From Leptospiraceae bacterium (GTDB lineage Bacteria > Spirochaetota > Leptospiria > Leptospirales > Leptonemataceae): DNA of 64,000 nt. Numbering within the stretch: the stretch's first letter is position 1; the number at the start of each line of letters is the position of its first letter. The translations under genes were made by a program, and so were the position numbers. The notes under the pieces are model-generated. The model was given only the letters and a program-made list of their open reading frames with translations, did not search any database and was not told the DNA's origin. The stretch covers positions 64,001-128,000 of the forward strand of contig JAVJNR010000009.1 of NCBI GenBank assembly GCA_040217195.1, written 5' to 3'. Shown one piece after another: positions 9,869 through 20,374 of the stretch.

Positions 9869-12376
9869 CTATTTCGACCGGGACTCCGCCTTAATCAATT
9901 GCACCAGTTCTTTCAGCCCATCCGGCTTCAAAAACAGGCGACAGTTAACATTCATTGCCTGATCTTTTGCCTCCTGGGATGAGTCTGCAGTTAAGATATA
10001 CAGCTCAAGATTAGCAGACATGGCCCCCAGAGAGGACCTTACACTGCGGATTAATTCAGGGCCATCCCCATCTGGCAGGTGCATATCAGATATCAAGATA
10101 TCAAACTGGTTCGCTCGGATCTCCTCCATAGCCTCTGCAATAGTGCCTACAGTAGTGATTTCATAAAGAGGGCCCAGCCTTCGGCGTAAGACCTGTTCTG
10201 TGATCACATTATCTTCTACGTATAAGATCCTATTCTTCTCTGGTTCCATTTTCTCTCTCACTAAGGCGGCCTGGCATTTTTCAATGTGCCAGGCTATGAT
10301 GGGATCAGCAGGAGCAATTCGTAAGGTATCTACAAACTGATGATACGCTTCCCTGTACTGCAGAGCTTGCTTCAGGGCCAGCCCGCCAATCAATGCCCCG
10401 GTGGCCGCACTTTTTTGCTCCTTCAGATGAGGTGGATCCGCCTCGAAGCATTCATAGACAGTCACAGGATCCTTTTTTCCTCTGATTTGAATGTGGTCTA
10501 TCTCTCTACGAGCGCAGTCATTTTTGAGCAAACGAACGGTGGCCGCTGACATTAGTATTCCACTTCCCAGTTTCTTCGAAAGGGATTCCAGTCGGGCCGC
10601 AAGGTTTACTGTATCTCCGATAACCGTTGTATCCATTCTTCCCAAAAATCCCACCGTGCCCAGGGCCACCCGACCGGTACTCAATGCAACTACGACATTG
10701 ACCGGCGGCCCTTCTTTGAGCATTCGGCTATCATTGTGGGTTGAAATCTCTTTCTGTATACGTATTGCGCATTCCACAGCGCTATCTGCCGAGCCAGGAA
10801 ACAATGCCAGCAAGCCATCGCCCAAAAACTTATCAATAAAGCCACCCTTTTCATTGACCATGGGTCCCACTCGACTCAAATACTCATTGAGAAATTGCAT
10901 GGTCTTCTCCGGTCCCATGTTTTCTGAGAGTCTGGTAAAATTACGAATGTCCACAAACATCACGGTAACTTGAGTTTCTACTACCTGACCCAGCCTAACA
11001 CTGCGAATGTCATCGCTCAAAAAGGAAAGAAATTGTTCCGGGACAAAGTGGCGCAGAGCTTCATTGGTTTCCCTTAGTTCCGTAGATAGTTCAAAGTTCT
11101 TCTTTGAGAATTTTGCGGTCCGACGCCCGAGCATGACTGCAATTGGGAACAGGAAAAAAAGAAAACCCAGGGATCCGGTCTCATAATGTACCGGGGAGTC
11201 CAGACCATCCGCGCGGAAAAAGTCATTGGCCAGGGCAAACACAAGTACCAGAAATGCAACCCCCACAAGCATGGCCTCTCTTCGAAATTTGAGTACTTCG
11301 CGTGCAAGAATAATGAGGATTATCAGAGCTGTTCCCCCTGAAAACACTTGAGCAGCAATGGTGTATTTCGAATAGACTGCAACAGGTAAAAAGATAGAGG
11401 CCGCAGAGATCAGCACCGGGACGATCAATAGGCTTCGCTTCAGTAGCAGCAATCCGCCTACCTTTAAGAACTCTAAAAGGAAATAGAGAAAAATAGGAGC
11501 GATTAACAGATCAATTGAAAACTCCATCCAGGCAAAAAGCTCATAGCCATGCGGGAACAATTCGTAGCCCAGCAGGGAACCGGTAAGACTGGCCCGCAAA
11601 CCAGCAAATAGCGCTATCCAGAAGAAATAAAAGAAAGATCGATCAGCCGGCCAGGCCAGGAAAATGATGAGAAAAAAGACTGAGCCCACCACCATGCTGC
11701 CAAAAACCAGCATTTGCCGAAGAGCCAGAAAGAGCTCGGCGCGTCGCAGAGATTGAAGGGAGCCAACCATGGACTCTTCCATGGGCCCGCCCAGGGGGTT
11801 CTGAAAATTTGATACCCGAAGTTCAATCTCATTGGACCCTGCATTTAGAACCACCAGCGGTCGCGACAGTGCAGGCTCCATTGCCTCTGCCTGGACAGCC
11901 ACATTTCCTGCCCCGGCCTGGCGCTGGCTGTTTACAAATATTTCGAATGCAGAATTCTGCCTTCCCAGCCAGATTCCGTAGGGCCCCTGAGTCTCCGGTA
12001 CCTGGATTGTAAACCTGTAGATTCCCAGGCCCGATGAGGAGGTTGCCTCATTTCTGGAATCCATGTTCCGCCAGCTTCGATGAATTGGCCGCTCCATTCC
12101 TGAAGCTGATTTTGATCCGGTTGCAGGCTCCTTTATCCACTGGAACGAAACATTGCCCCTTAGCGGATAGATCCGACTGACGTCCCCTTCCTTCCGGTCA
12201 GGAATCTGAAACTGCCCTTGCTGGCTCAGCAGAGGTTTCCCTTCCTTCACGCAGGAGATGACAGACACTGCCAACAACAGAACTGGAATAAACGTTTTAC
12301 GGGCTCCGGAAGACCTGCCGGGTTGTAATCTCATTCGGAGCATTCCTTTAATTGAGGATGGAAACCACTCTACCAA
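9869..12376 (-). CDS. 7TM-DISM-type receptor class III adenylate cyclase with C-terminal receiver domain
   Basis: Lipobox-like VISC, extracellular beta domain (VSNFQNPLGG), about 7 TM, FVDIRNFT / DKFLGDG / TVIGDTVNLAARLES, REC with VEDN, ISDMH, LTA, LKP. Confidence 0.9.
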   Translation of the reverse strand: MVEWFPSSIKGMLRMRLQPGRSSGARKTFIPVLLLAVSVISCVKEGKPLLSQQGQFQIPDRKEGDVSRIYPLRGNVSFQWIKEPATGSKSASGMERPIHRSWRNMDSRNEATSSSGLGIYRFTIQVPETQGPYGIWLGRQNSAFEIFVNSQRQAGAGNVAVQAEAMEPALSRPLVVLNAGSNEIELRVSNFQNPLGGPMEESMVGSLQSLRRAELFLALRQMLVFGSMVVGSVFFLIIFLAWPADRSFFYFFWIALFAGLRASLTGSLLGYELFPHGYELFAWMEFSIDLLIAPIFLYFLLEFLKVGGLLLLKRSLLIVPVLISAASIFLPVAVYSKYTIAAQVFSGGTALIILIILAREVLKFRREAMLVGVAFLVLVFALANDFFRADGLDSPVHYETGSLGFLFFLFPIAVMLGRRTAKFSKKNFELSTELRETNEALRHFVPEQFLSFLSDDIRSVRLGQVVETQVTVMFVDIRNFTRLSENMGPEKTMQFLNEYLSRVGPMVNEKGGFIDKFLGDGLLALFPGSADSAVECAIRIQKEISTHNDSRMLKEGPPVNVVVALSTGRVALGTVGFLGRMDTTVIGDTVNLAARLESLSKKLGSGILMSAATVRLLKNDCARREIDHIQIRGKKDPVTVYECFEADPPHLKEQKSAATGALIGGLALKQALQYREAYHQFVDTLRIAPADPIIAWHIEKCQAALVREKMEPEKNRILYVEDNVITEQVLRRRLGPLYEITTVGTIAEAMEEIRANQFDILISDMHLPDGDGPELIRSVRSSLGAMSANLELYILTADSSQEAKDQAMNVNCRLFLKPDGLKELVQLIKAESRSK

Positions 12377-12410
12377 TTGGATCAGTTCCTTGAATCCATC
12401 AACAATGGGT

Positions 12411-14759
12411 TCAAGGAGACGATTCCATAATTGGTTCTAAAACCATGGGAAGGTCAATACAAAAAGTGGTCCCCTTTCCTACTTCACTTTCTACAGAAAT
12501 AAAACCTCCCAGAGATTCAATTTGCTGAAATGTGAGATATAGTCCCAGACCACGAGCATCCTTATTGCCATGAAAGGTCTTATATAAACCAAACAACTTA
12601 TCGCCATATTTCTCCAGATCCATACCAAGACCGTTATCCTGCACCAGGATCTTCATTCGCTTTTGATCTTCCGTTGCTTCTTCTGCTTCTTTAATAGTAA
12701 TCCGGATTTCAGGTTCCCGATCCGGATGCCTGTATTTTATTGCATTAGATATTAGGTTATACAGGATACTTTCTAGATACGCGGGCTGGCTATGGAACGG
12801 ACGGACAAGGTGATTATCCCGGATCAATTGAAAAGGAACTCCATGGAACGCTCCATGCAATGTTCCCTCGATCTTTTTCAAGAGTGAATTTAAATCAATG
12901 GCTTCGTAGGACAGGTGGATAGAATGCTGAACCTGAACTACCGAAGAAAGATCATCGAGCGTTTGCATCAAGTTATTGGACGATCTCTTAAGCATTTCCC
13001 AGAGCTCTTCCTGTTCTGCCGGCTCAGGCTCAATTTCATACTCATCGATAAGAACCTTAATGTTACCGGCATAGGATCGTAAATTGTGTGCCACGATCTG
13101 TGAAAAGGCCAGCAATCTATTTCTCTGGTTATCCAGTGCCCGGATACTTCTCTTTAATTCCTCGGATTGACTGGCATTTTGAGATTCCAGGTTCTTTCTC
13201 TGGTCAATGTCTACCAGAGAACCAACCATTCTGTGCGGACCGCCATCCGCATCTCGACTGGCAAAACCCGCTGTTTCATACCATTTATAGCTTCCATCCT
13301 TGGTTCGCATACGTACTTCCAGCTTATATCTGTGGCCGCTATTCAAGTGCAGTTCCACTGCATCGAGCACCTGCTGCCGGTTATCTGGATGTAATAGGGT
13401 GTTTAGAAAGGTATCATAGGTGGCCGGAATGTCCCCTGGTTCGTAACCTAGAATTTGATAGAATGAATCAGACCATCGCTCCAGACCGGAATCAATATCC
13501 CATTCCCAGATTCCCGCCGAAATCCCGGCAGTAAAAAGCTGGAATGCCTCCTGATCCTGTGAGGCCTGAATTAGTTCTGCCTCTTTCCCCGAACGCACCG
13601 AGGCGCTATAGAACACTTCATCCCGGCGACTCTCTTCACGGACAAAAAGAATAACTGCCATTGGCTCCTGCCGGGCATCCCAGAGAGTGCCGGAGAAATG
13701 CCCCGGAACCTGTGCGGTTTGTTTAAGTCCCGGCACACCTGGTAGACTGGTTTTGAGATTGCTCTCGGGTGGTATCAGGTCCAGTAATGAAGATCCATGG
13801 ATGGAACGTCTGAGCCCGCCCAGCAAACTACGAAAGGCACCGTTCGTTTCCAGTAACGTTCCATTGGCATCCCATAATAAGAAGGGATAGCCCAGTCGGT
13901 CCGCCATGGCCGAAGTATATGTGCGACGCACGGCCCGATTCAATGCAAATTTGTGCCTCAATATTTGATAACTGAAAGCCAGAAAACCAATCATAGAAAG
14001 CAGGGCCAATGCCTCCGTGCCCAGGGCTACAGAAATAAGGCCGATTCGCAGTAGATGCAAGAACAGCAGTCCGGCCAGGAAAGGAAAACCAAGGGAAACC
14101 ACCAATGCCAGGATGGCCAGACCCAATCTTCGTCCCCGAAATACTGGGATTAAGATTGGATTGCCGGGTCGTAGAAGAAGGATTCCTGCCGCCAGAGCGA
14201 TTATCGAAACCGTGGTGGACCAGGACATCGTGGAATACAGCGCACCGGAGCCTAGATCCACGTCTCCGTACACCCGACCCACCAGGCGAACCAGCCCAGC
14301 AATAAACGCTAGAAAGCCAAGTCCGGTGGAAAGCACGGCCAGCCGAAAAAGACTGATGGCGATGAAGGCACCGCCCAGAAATAGAAGGCCAATGGCCGTC
14401 ATGAAGGACATCTGACCTGGAATCCCGATTTCAGTATAGGAATCCTCGACGAATAGCTCATCCATAGGTGCCCATCCAGCTACCGTTAGCACAGGAATGA
14501 GCATAAGCAAGAGCACAGGGATGGAATAGCGGGCAGAGTTCTTTCGATGAAAAAGAAGGCAGGCCAGAGTAAGCCCCAATAAAGTCAGGGCTGTATTGAA
14601 TTTCATGGTAGCTTTGCCCTGCAGAAGCCAGGGGACTTCGGAAGAAGGCCATACCCAGCATACCAAAGCCAGGCTCGATACAAGCAAAGGAAAAAGGAGA
14701 ATAGACCGCCTGACCAGGTGGAGCCGGTTATAGGTTAGAGCTGTAAAAACTGATGGCAC
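12411..14759 (-). CDS. Membrane PAS-domain sensor histidine kinase
   Basis: Multi-TM N-terminus, PAS (GIWEWD...LHPD...YKW), H-box AHNLRS, N-box NLISNAIKY, G1 DNGLG, G2 GLGL. Confidence 0.93.
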   Translation of the reverse strand: MPSVFTALTYNRLHLVRRSILLFPLLVSSLALVCWVWPSSEVPWLLQGKATMKFNTALTLLGLTLACLLFHRKNSARYSIPVLLLMLIPVLTVAGWAPMDELFVEDSYTEIGIPGQMSFMTAIGLLFLGGAFIAISLFRLAVLSTGLGFLAFIAGLVRLVGRVYGDVDLGSGALYSTMSWSTTVSIIALAAGILLLRPGNPILIPVFRGRRLGLAILALVVSLGFPFLAGLLFLHLLRIGLISVALGTEALALLSMIGFLAFSYQILRHKFALNRAVRRTYTSAMADRLGYPFLLWDANGTLLETNGAFRSLLGGLRRSIHGSSLLDLIPPESNLKTSLPGVPGLKQTAQVPGHFSGTLWDARQEPMAVILFVREESRRDEVFYSASVRSGKEAELIQASQDQEAFQLFTAGISAGIWEWDIDSGLERWSDSFYQILGYEPGDIPATYDTFLNTLLHPDNRQQVLDAVELHLNSGHRYKLEVRMRTKDGSYKWYETAGFASRDADGGPHRMVGSLVDIDQRKNLESQNASQSEELKRSIRALDNQRNRLLAFSQIVAHNLRSYAGNIKVLIDEYEIEPEPAEQEELWEMLKRSSNNLMQTLDDLSSVVQVQHSIHLSYEAIDLNSLLKKIEGTLHGAFHGVPFQLIRDNHLVRPFHSQPAYLESILYNLISNAIKYRHPDREPEIRITIKEAEEATEDQKRMKILVQDNGLGMDLEKYGDKLFGLYKTFHGNKDARGLGLYLTFQQIESLGGFISVESEVGKGTTFCIDLPMVLEPIMESSP

Positions 14760-14923
14760 TCAGTACCCCCCTATTCCAGAGGCTGATTGTAATCGATCAT
14801 ACATTCAAGGCTTTTTCCGAAGCGGAGAGACAGAACAGGCAGAGAACCTGGATTCAACTTAGCCTGTTGCATCGCCTCAAATCTCACTTTACGCGGCGGG
14901 TGCCTGCAGGTTTTTCGTAAAGA

Positions 14924-16006
14924 ATGAGTAGAATTTTCAACTTTTCCGCCGGACCGGCTACTTTGCCGGTTGAAGTTCTGGAGAAGGCCAGGGATGAGTT
15001 CCTGGATTTTCAGGGCAGCGGCATGTCTATTATTGAGATGTCTCATCGCGGCAAGATCTTTGATGCCGTTCATGAAAAATCATTTGAGTTACTGCGCAAA
15101 CTAGCAAATATTCCAGATCGTTTTGACATCAACTACATGGGAGGCGGCGCATCCACGCAGTTCGCACTCATTCCTATGAATCTTTCCGGTAAAGGAAGAA
15201 AGGCGGGCTACATCAATACTGGTAGTTGGTCCAAGAAAGCGATTGAGCAGGCCAAGATCCAGGGTCTTGATTTCCAGGTAATTGCAAGCTCCAAAGATAC
15301 AAACTTCAATCATATTCCGGATCCAATTAATGTTCCAGAAGGCCTGGACTATGTACATGCAACGTCCAACAACACCATCTTCGGAACTCAGTTCAAAACC
15401 TTCCCGAATCCCAATGGAAGTGTACTGACTATTGATATGAGCTCAGATTTTCTGAGCAAGCCAATCAGCTGGGATGGAGTAGGCATTGCCTATGCTGGTC
15501 TGCAAAAAAATGCAGGCCCATCGGGAATGGCTGTGGCCATTGTGGACAAGGAATTATATAAGCGCGAGAAAGAAGACACTCCTACAATGTTTCGCTATAG
15601 TACTTATGGCGAAAATAAGAGCCTCTATAACACTCCTCCTACATTTCAAATCTATATGCTGGGTTTGATTCTGGAATGGATCGATGGAAAAAGCGGCCTG
15701 GAAGGGATTGCCAGACACAATGAAAGCAAGGCAGCCCTGATCTACGATGTAATCGATGCCAATCCTGAGTTCTACATAGGTCATTCGCAAAAAGAAAGCC
15801 GCTCTTTGATGAATATCACATTCAATTGCAAAAGCGATGATCTGAATGCGAAATTCTTGGAAGAGACCAAAAAGCAGGGCATGGATGGCCTGAAAGGGCA
15901 TCGCTCTGTGGGTGGTCTACGAGCCTCAATTTACAATGCTATGAGTCAGGAAGGCTGCAAAGCATTGGCTGACTTCATGAAGGATTTTGCACAGAGGAAC
16001 GGATAA
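14924..16006 (+). CDS. serC: Phosphoserine aminotransferase
   Basis: FNFSAGPA, EMSHR, GGAS, NNTIFG, DMSSD, YAGLQKNAGPSG, NTPP, GHRSVGGLRASIYNA. Confidence 0.97.
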   Translation: MSRIFNFSAGPATLPVEVLEKARDEFLDFQGSGMSIIEMSHRGKIFDAVHEKSFELLRKLANIPDRFDINYMGGGASTQFALIPMNLSGKGRKAGYINTGSWSKKAIEQAKIQGLDFQVIASSKDTNFNHIPDPINVPEGLDYVHATSNNTIFGTQFKTFPNPNGSVLTIDMSSDFLSKPISWDGVGIAYAGLQKNAGPSGMAVAIVDKELYKREKEDTPTMFRYSTYGENKSLYNTPPTFQIYMLGLILEWIDGKSGLEGIARHNESKAALIYDVIDANPEFYIGHSQKESRSLMNITFNCKSDDLNAKFLEETKKQGMDGLKGHRSVGGLRASIYNAMSQEGCKALADFMKDFAQRNG

Positions 16007-16209
16007 TGTGGCTTCGCCTGGGCGATGGGGAAATTATTAATCTGGCTTTTGCCAGAACCATTCGCAAAGGCGATGAATCCACAATTGTTATCGAGATGAG
16101 TGGGGAAGATGGTCGCAAAGTGTTGCCCTTCCCCACCGATCCTCACCGGGATCAAACCTTTGAAAAACTGGTAGAGAATCTATCCAGGTTACGCCTGGCT
16201 CTCAAGTAG
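16006..16209 (+). CDS. Small conserved hypothetical protein coupled to serC
   Basis: TAATG stop/start overlap with serC; compact 67-aa sequence. Confidence 0.7.
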   Translation: MWLRLGDGEIINLAFARTIRKGDESTIVIEMSGEDGRKVLPFPTDPHRDQTFEKLVENLSRLRLALK

Positions 16210-16435
16210 CCGCCCCGTGACCCCGAAGAACGATTTCCAGCCATGGAATACTGTGCTGAGGGTGCAACCTTGCCATCAGAATTATCCGCTGCCTGAGTAA
16301 TATCCAGACGCAATAAATTATCCAGACCGAGAAAACCAGATGATGCATTCTGGCTAGAGTATCAGGTGCACGAAATGGTTTTGGGATTACCAGTGGAGCA
16401 TTCGCCCGGTAGGGATTGTTCTGCTGAGCGTCCAC
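16202..16435 (-). pseudogene. Possible truncated paralogue of the neighbouring DUF4328-like gene
   Basis: NPYRANAPL...FRA resembles NPYQVNVPL...FHA of 16472-17341; one hydrophobic segment; GTG start. Confidence 0.3.
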
Positions 16436-16471
16436 CTGTTCACAAGTTAGAGAATAATTATCGTATAGATA

Positions 16472-17341
16472 TCAGTTTCCGGATCCCGGGCCAAATCCTT
16501 GCTCGCTTTCGCTTGTGGGAAACCGACCTTCTGATGATGGAAATCGCGGTTCCGATTGGTCTTCCCGGGTTTCGCCGGAGGAGCCCGTAGCTGATTCCAG
16601 GTTCGCTACTGTATGGCTGGCTTTTTCCTGGGCTTCGGTAATTCCTGAAACGATCTTATAATACATCAATGCAAGAAAAATCTCCAGAGGAGCAAGCACG
16701 AGATCCAGATAACCGATTCCCAGTAGCTCATCTAGAGTTTCGGCTCGCATCCCCAATCGAAAGGAGATGGATCCACCAATATTGCTTATTACCCAGAGCG
16801 CCCACCAGCCAGCCATAAATCCGGGTACTGCTAGCGACTTCCAACTGGATCCGGTTCCACCATCTCTGGCAGAAATACTTGCCTGCCATAACTGCTTCAT
16901 GGCTTCATAGGGTTTCCAGTAATTGGCGATTGGCACAAAAAACCAGCCCACTGCCCAGCCTGGTGTAATGGTCATTCCTCGAGCGCCCAGCAGAGGTAAA
17001 TTCTTATGAGCCCGGACAATCCACATTATGGATGCGATGATGGTGGCCCAGTATACGATAATTACCATTATCGCAGTGAGGCCTATTAGTCCATCCTGCA
17101 AATCGCCCTCCTCCTGAATTGAGGAGGTCAGAGTCGTCTGTCCGTCCAATAAACGGGACACTACTACAACATATAGAAGATGCAGACCAGTCATGAGGAT
17201 GGCCAGAACCAGATAAGCTCTCAGAGAAATTTTCAGAAATCTCCCCGGGCCACCCAATGCATGAAAACCGTTTCCAGCTCCACGGGTATCCAGAGGTACA
17301 TTCACTTGATAGGGGTTGGATTGACTCATAAAGAAGACCAA
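16472..17341 (-). CDS. DUF4328-like membrane protein
   Basis: WIVRAHKNL...TPGWAVGWFFVPIANYWKPYEAMKQLW...WWALW motif. Confidence 0.82.
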   Translation of the reverse strand: MVFFMSQSNPYQVNVPLDTRGAGNGFHALGGPGRFLKISLRAYLVLAILMTGLHLLYVVVVSRLLDGQTTLTSSIQEEGDLQDGLIGLTAIMVIIVYWATIIASIMWIVRAHKNLPLLGARGMTITPGWAVGWFFVPIANYWKPYEAMKQLWQASISARDGGTGSSWKSLAVPGFMAGWWALWVISNIGGSISFRLGMRAETLDELLGIGYLDLVLAPLEIFLALMYYKIVSGITEAQEKASHTVANLESATGSSGETREDQSEPRFPSSEGRFPTSESEQGFGPGSGN

Positions 17342-17478
17342 ACCATAAAGATAACTTCATTGCTGACAAGCATTTACTGCAAAAGCAACTACCGTAATTG
17401 TATAGAAATTCCATTTTTCGAAAATCGACCGTAGGTGAAGAATCGGCGATCAGTGCGCAGTATGCTCCAGTTTCTTTT

Positions 17479-18939
17479 TCAGGAGAAATACCTTCGGATC
17501 ACCGAATGCAAATCCGTTAGTCTGGACGGTAGCTTCCCCCGATGAGCCTCCGCACCAATCATCAATGGTCCTTTGTAGAGTTCATTGAGTCGGCCATGGC
17601 TTCCTCGGACCAGATCCGGCCGAAGGGGGATCACATCCATTAGCATTCTAAAGCCCATCTTCTTTTTGAGGACTTTCCAGGCTATGCGAGACTTGAGAAA
17701 TGGCCTGGAATCTGTGAATAGTTCCACTGGATCATAACCGGGCTTTCGGTGAATGTCCACTGTGCGTGCAAAATCCGGAGCCAGATCTTCATCCAGCCAG
17801 TAGTAATAATTAAACCAGACTCCCGGCCGAGCCACAGCAACCAGGTCCCCTGCCCTTTGAGCAGCAACACCGGCCCATTTACCATCCAGAGCTCTAGATG
17901 AGATCTCTCCACCGGTAAGCCCTAGATTGCGCATACCCCGTCGGTCCAGCACCGTTTCCACTCCCTGGATTCCCTCCAGGAAAGTCTGGACTTCTTTGAT
18001 TCTGCTACGATCCCGAACATATACGTGGGCTATCTGATGATCTGCCACTGCGAAAGCGGTACTGGAACCTGTATCCAGGAGCTCTGTTTTCAAGGAATCC
18101 CGGACGCTTAGAAAACCGGCTTTTCTCAGTTCCTGATTGATTGAAATGCTACTGTGAACCGGACTTATACCATATTCTGATACTATCATGCTATCGCAGC
18201 CCTGATCGCCCAGCTCATGTACCAATTCACCTACCACCGCATCGATTTGCCTTAAGTCTTTGCGAATATCCGGATGGGCGGGTCCCAGCTTCTGCAAATT
18301 GTAATCCAGGTGCGGAAGATACACTAACTGAAGGTTTGGTCTATGAATACGAAATTCCTCCACGGCACATCGTCCAATCCACTGACTGGCTTCAATGCCG
18401 GAGCGAGGCCCCCAGAAAGAGAAGAAAGGAAATTTGCCTATCTTTGATTCAATATCACGATGAAAAGCCGGACTGGAATAAACATCAAAATCCTTTCGCC
18501 CATCGGCGCCGTAATGGGGTTTGGGAGTCATGGAATAGTCTACCGTGGTATTCATGTTATACCACCAGAATAGATTTGATGTGCGAAATCCAGGAAGCTT
18601 TCTGCCCAGGGTTTGCCAGATCTTTTCGCCTCGGACCAGCTCATTGGACTGTTTCCAGAATGCGATTTCATCCTGTTCGCGAAAGTACCATCCATTGCCA
18701 ACAATTCCATGATCCGCTGGTTGCAATCCTGTAAGCATGGAACTCTGGGCTGTAGTTGTTACCGATGGGAAAACTCCCTGCACAGGCTGCAAAAATCTCT
18801 GTGCGGCAAGATTCTTTAAATTCGGTGTATCTTCGCCTATCAATTCAGGAGTTAAGCCAACTACGTTGATGACGGCCAGATGCTTCTGTAGCGGATCCTT
18901 TCCAGAGTTGCGCTTCACGATGGATTCATTCTTTTTCAT
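17479..18939 (-). CDS. eboF: EboF, nucleotide pyrophosphatase/alkaline phosphatase superfamily
   Basis: INVVGLT, FPSVTTTAQSS, HGIVGNGWY, YLPHLDY, SEYGI, DFARTVDIHRKPGYDPVELF, GSHG; ebo context. Confidence 0.88.
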   Translation of the reverse strand: MKKNESIVKRNSGKDPLQKHLAVINVVGLTPELIGEDTPNLKNLAAQRFLQPVQGVFPSVTTTAQSSMLTGLQPADHGIVGNGWYFREQDEIAFWKQSNELVRGEKIWQTLGRKLPGFRTSNLFWWYNMNTTVDYSMTPKPHYGADGRKDFDVYSSPAFHRDIESKIGKFPFFSFWGPRSGIEASQWIGRCAVEEFRIHRPNLQLVYLPHLDYNLQKLGPAHPDIRKDLRQIDAVVGELVHELGDQGCDSMIVSEYGISPVHSSISINQELRKAGFLSVRDSLKTELLDTGSSTAFAVADHQIAHVYVRDRSRIKEVQTFLEGIQGVETVLDRRGMRNLGLTGGEISSRALDGKWAGVAAQRAGDLVAVARPGVWFNYYYWLDEDLAPDFARTVDIHRKPGYDPVELFTDSRPFLKSRIAWKVLKKKMGFRMLMDVIPLRPDLVRGSHGRLNELYKGPLMIGAEAHRGKLPSRLTDLHSVIRRYFS

Positions 18940-19024
18940 AGTTGTTGCGATAGTTTCGGATTTAGACCGATTCGGTCATCGTCGACATAGATCTAATGCA
19001 CTGATCGCTTCTGAATTGGTACTT

Positions 19025-20374
19025 CTATTCCAGGAGCTTTCGACGCTCCAGCTCTTTTTCCAGATACTGAAATTCCAATTGAATAGCTTCAATTACATTC
19101 TCATATCGATTTCGAATTCCGGGCGGCAAAACGGTCCAGGTATAGGTTTCAATTTCAAGAATTGGCCTGGCCTGGCTTTCCATTAAGAAATCCAGAGCTT
19201 CTTCAATCTGCTTTCGCGTTGTGAACAGATATCCATCCGAAGTGTCGCTTTGTTCCAGGTCATTCAGATGAATGGGAACATGATAGTGGATTCTCCAGGT
19301 TTCACGATCTTTAAATCCGCCTCCGGGACCGGACCTGGATTCTTTTTCATTCAGTGCCATGGGCAGATCCAGAAATCGCTGCAAGCTGCCAGACACGGAC
19401 CGGCTCTGACCCTCATTGGCGGCCGGTGTCTGACTTTCCAGAGAACCAGAATAGACAGAGGTCTGATGTAAATAGCGTTCATCGCAAAATGGACTTAGCC
19501 TGTCTATGATCAATTGCTCCTTCGCCGCCGGATCTTCCGCAGATTTCGCCCCAGGCCATCTTACTTCGATGGCGCTGGAAATCTGGATCTTGAACACTGG
19601 AATTCCTGCTCTATGCAAAGAGCGTAGCGAGAAGCCAATGTCCTCAAACATAACAGCCTGATGGCAAACATCATAGCATACACCCAGATGAGAGATTGAA
19701 TTCGCATTTCGATGTTCTTTGTCTGAATTCTGGTTCGAACGATTATCATTGCTGGCAGCGAAGTCCCGGAGACGGTCCCAGAACTGAATTAGTTCATCCG
19801 TCGCTTCCAGTGCGCAGCCAGGCTCCATTTCCAGGCATATAGAAATATCCACTCCAGAATCCTTATTTACCTGTTCCAGGCGATTCTGTATTTTTATAAG
19901 ATTTGCCAGGGCATCCTGTTCTTTTTCGAAAGACCAGGATGCCTTAAATCCCAGAGGCACAGTGGATATAGCACAATGCCGAAAACCCGCCGGAGCTTCC
20001 TGGAGTGCCTCTGCAGCCAGGTTCACCAGCATCATTGAATACTCGAGACGATCCGATTCAGACCAGTCCGGCTCATATACGGTTTCCTTAACACGGCTGT
20101 CATGAAATCCGCCAAACGGAAAACCATTGATCGATACAGGCCAGAGATTTTCCTTTTTCAGTGTCTCTATATATTTCTTACGAAGCCCGGGATCCTGTAG
20201 CTCTCTGGCCGCACGATCACTGATCCAGATTCCGGCAGACATTACATCCAGACCTCGATCCTGGCGAGTCTGGCCAACGTAGCGACGCAGATTCTGGATT
20301 ACAGATTCTGCGCTTTCTCCGGGATGGACATTGCTACAATAAGTCAGTTCCGATTTTTCTATTCTGGAGATCAA
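19025..20374 (-). CDS. eboE: EboE, xylose-isomerase-like TIM barrel
   Basis: LTYCSNVHPGE, NGFPFGGFH..VKETVYEPDW, EMEP, CYDVCHQAV, YLHQ, WRIHYHVP, EIETYTW. Confidence 0.9.
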   Translation of the reverse strand: MISRIEKSELTYCSNVHPGESAESVIQNLRRYVGQTRQDRGLDVMSAGIWISDRAARELQDPGLRKKYIETLKKENLWPVSINGFPFGGFHDSRVKETVYEPDWSESDRLEYSMMLVNLAAEALQEAPAGFRHCAISTVPLGFKASWSFEKEQDALANLIKIQNRLEQVNKDSGVDISICLEMEPGCALEATDELIQFWDRLRDFAASNDNRSNQNSDKEHRNANSISHLGVCYDVCHQAVMFEDIGFSLRSLHRAGIPVFKIQISSAIEVRWPGAKSAEDPAAKEQLIIDRLSPFCDERYLHQTSVYSGSLESQTPAANEGQSRSVSGSLQRFLDLPMALNEKESRSGPGGGFKDRETWRIHYHVPIHLNDLEQSDTSDGYLFTTRKQIEEALDFLMESQARPILEIETYTWTVLPPGIRNRYENVIEAIQLEFQYLEKELERRKLLE

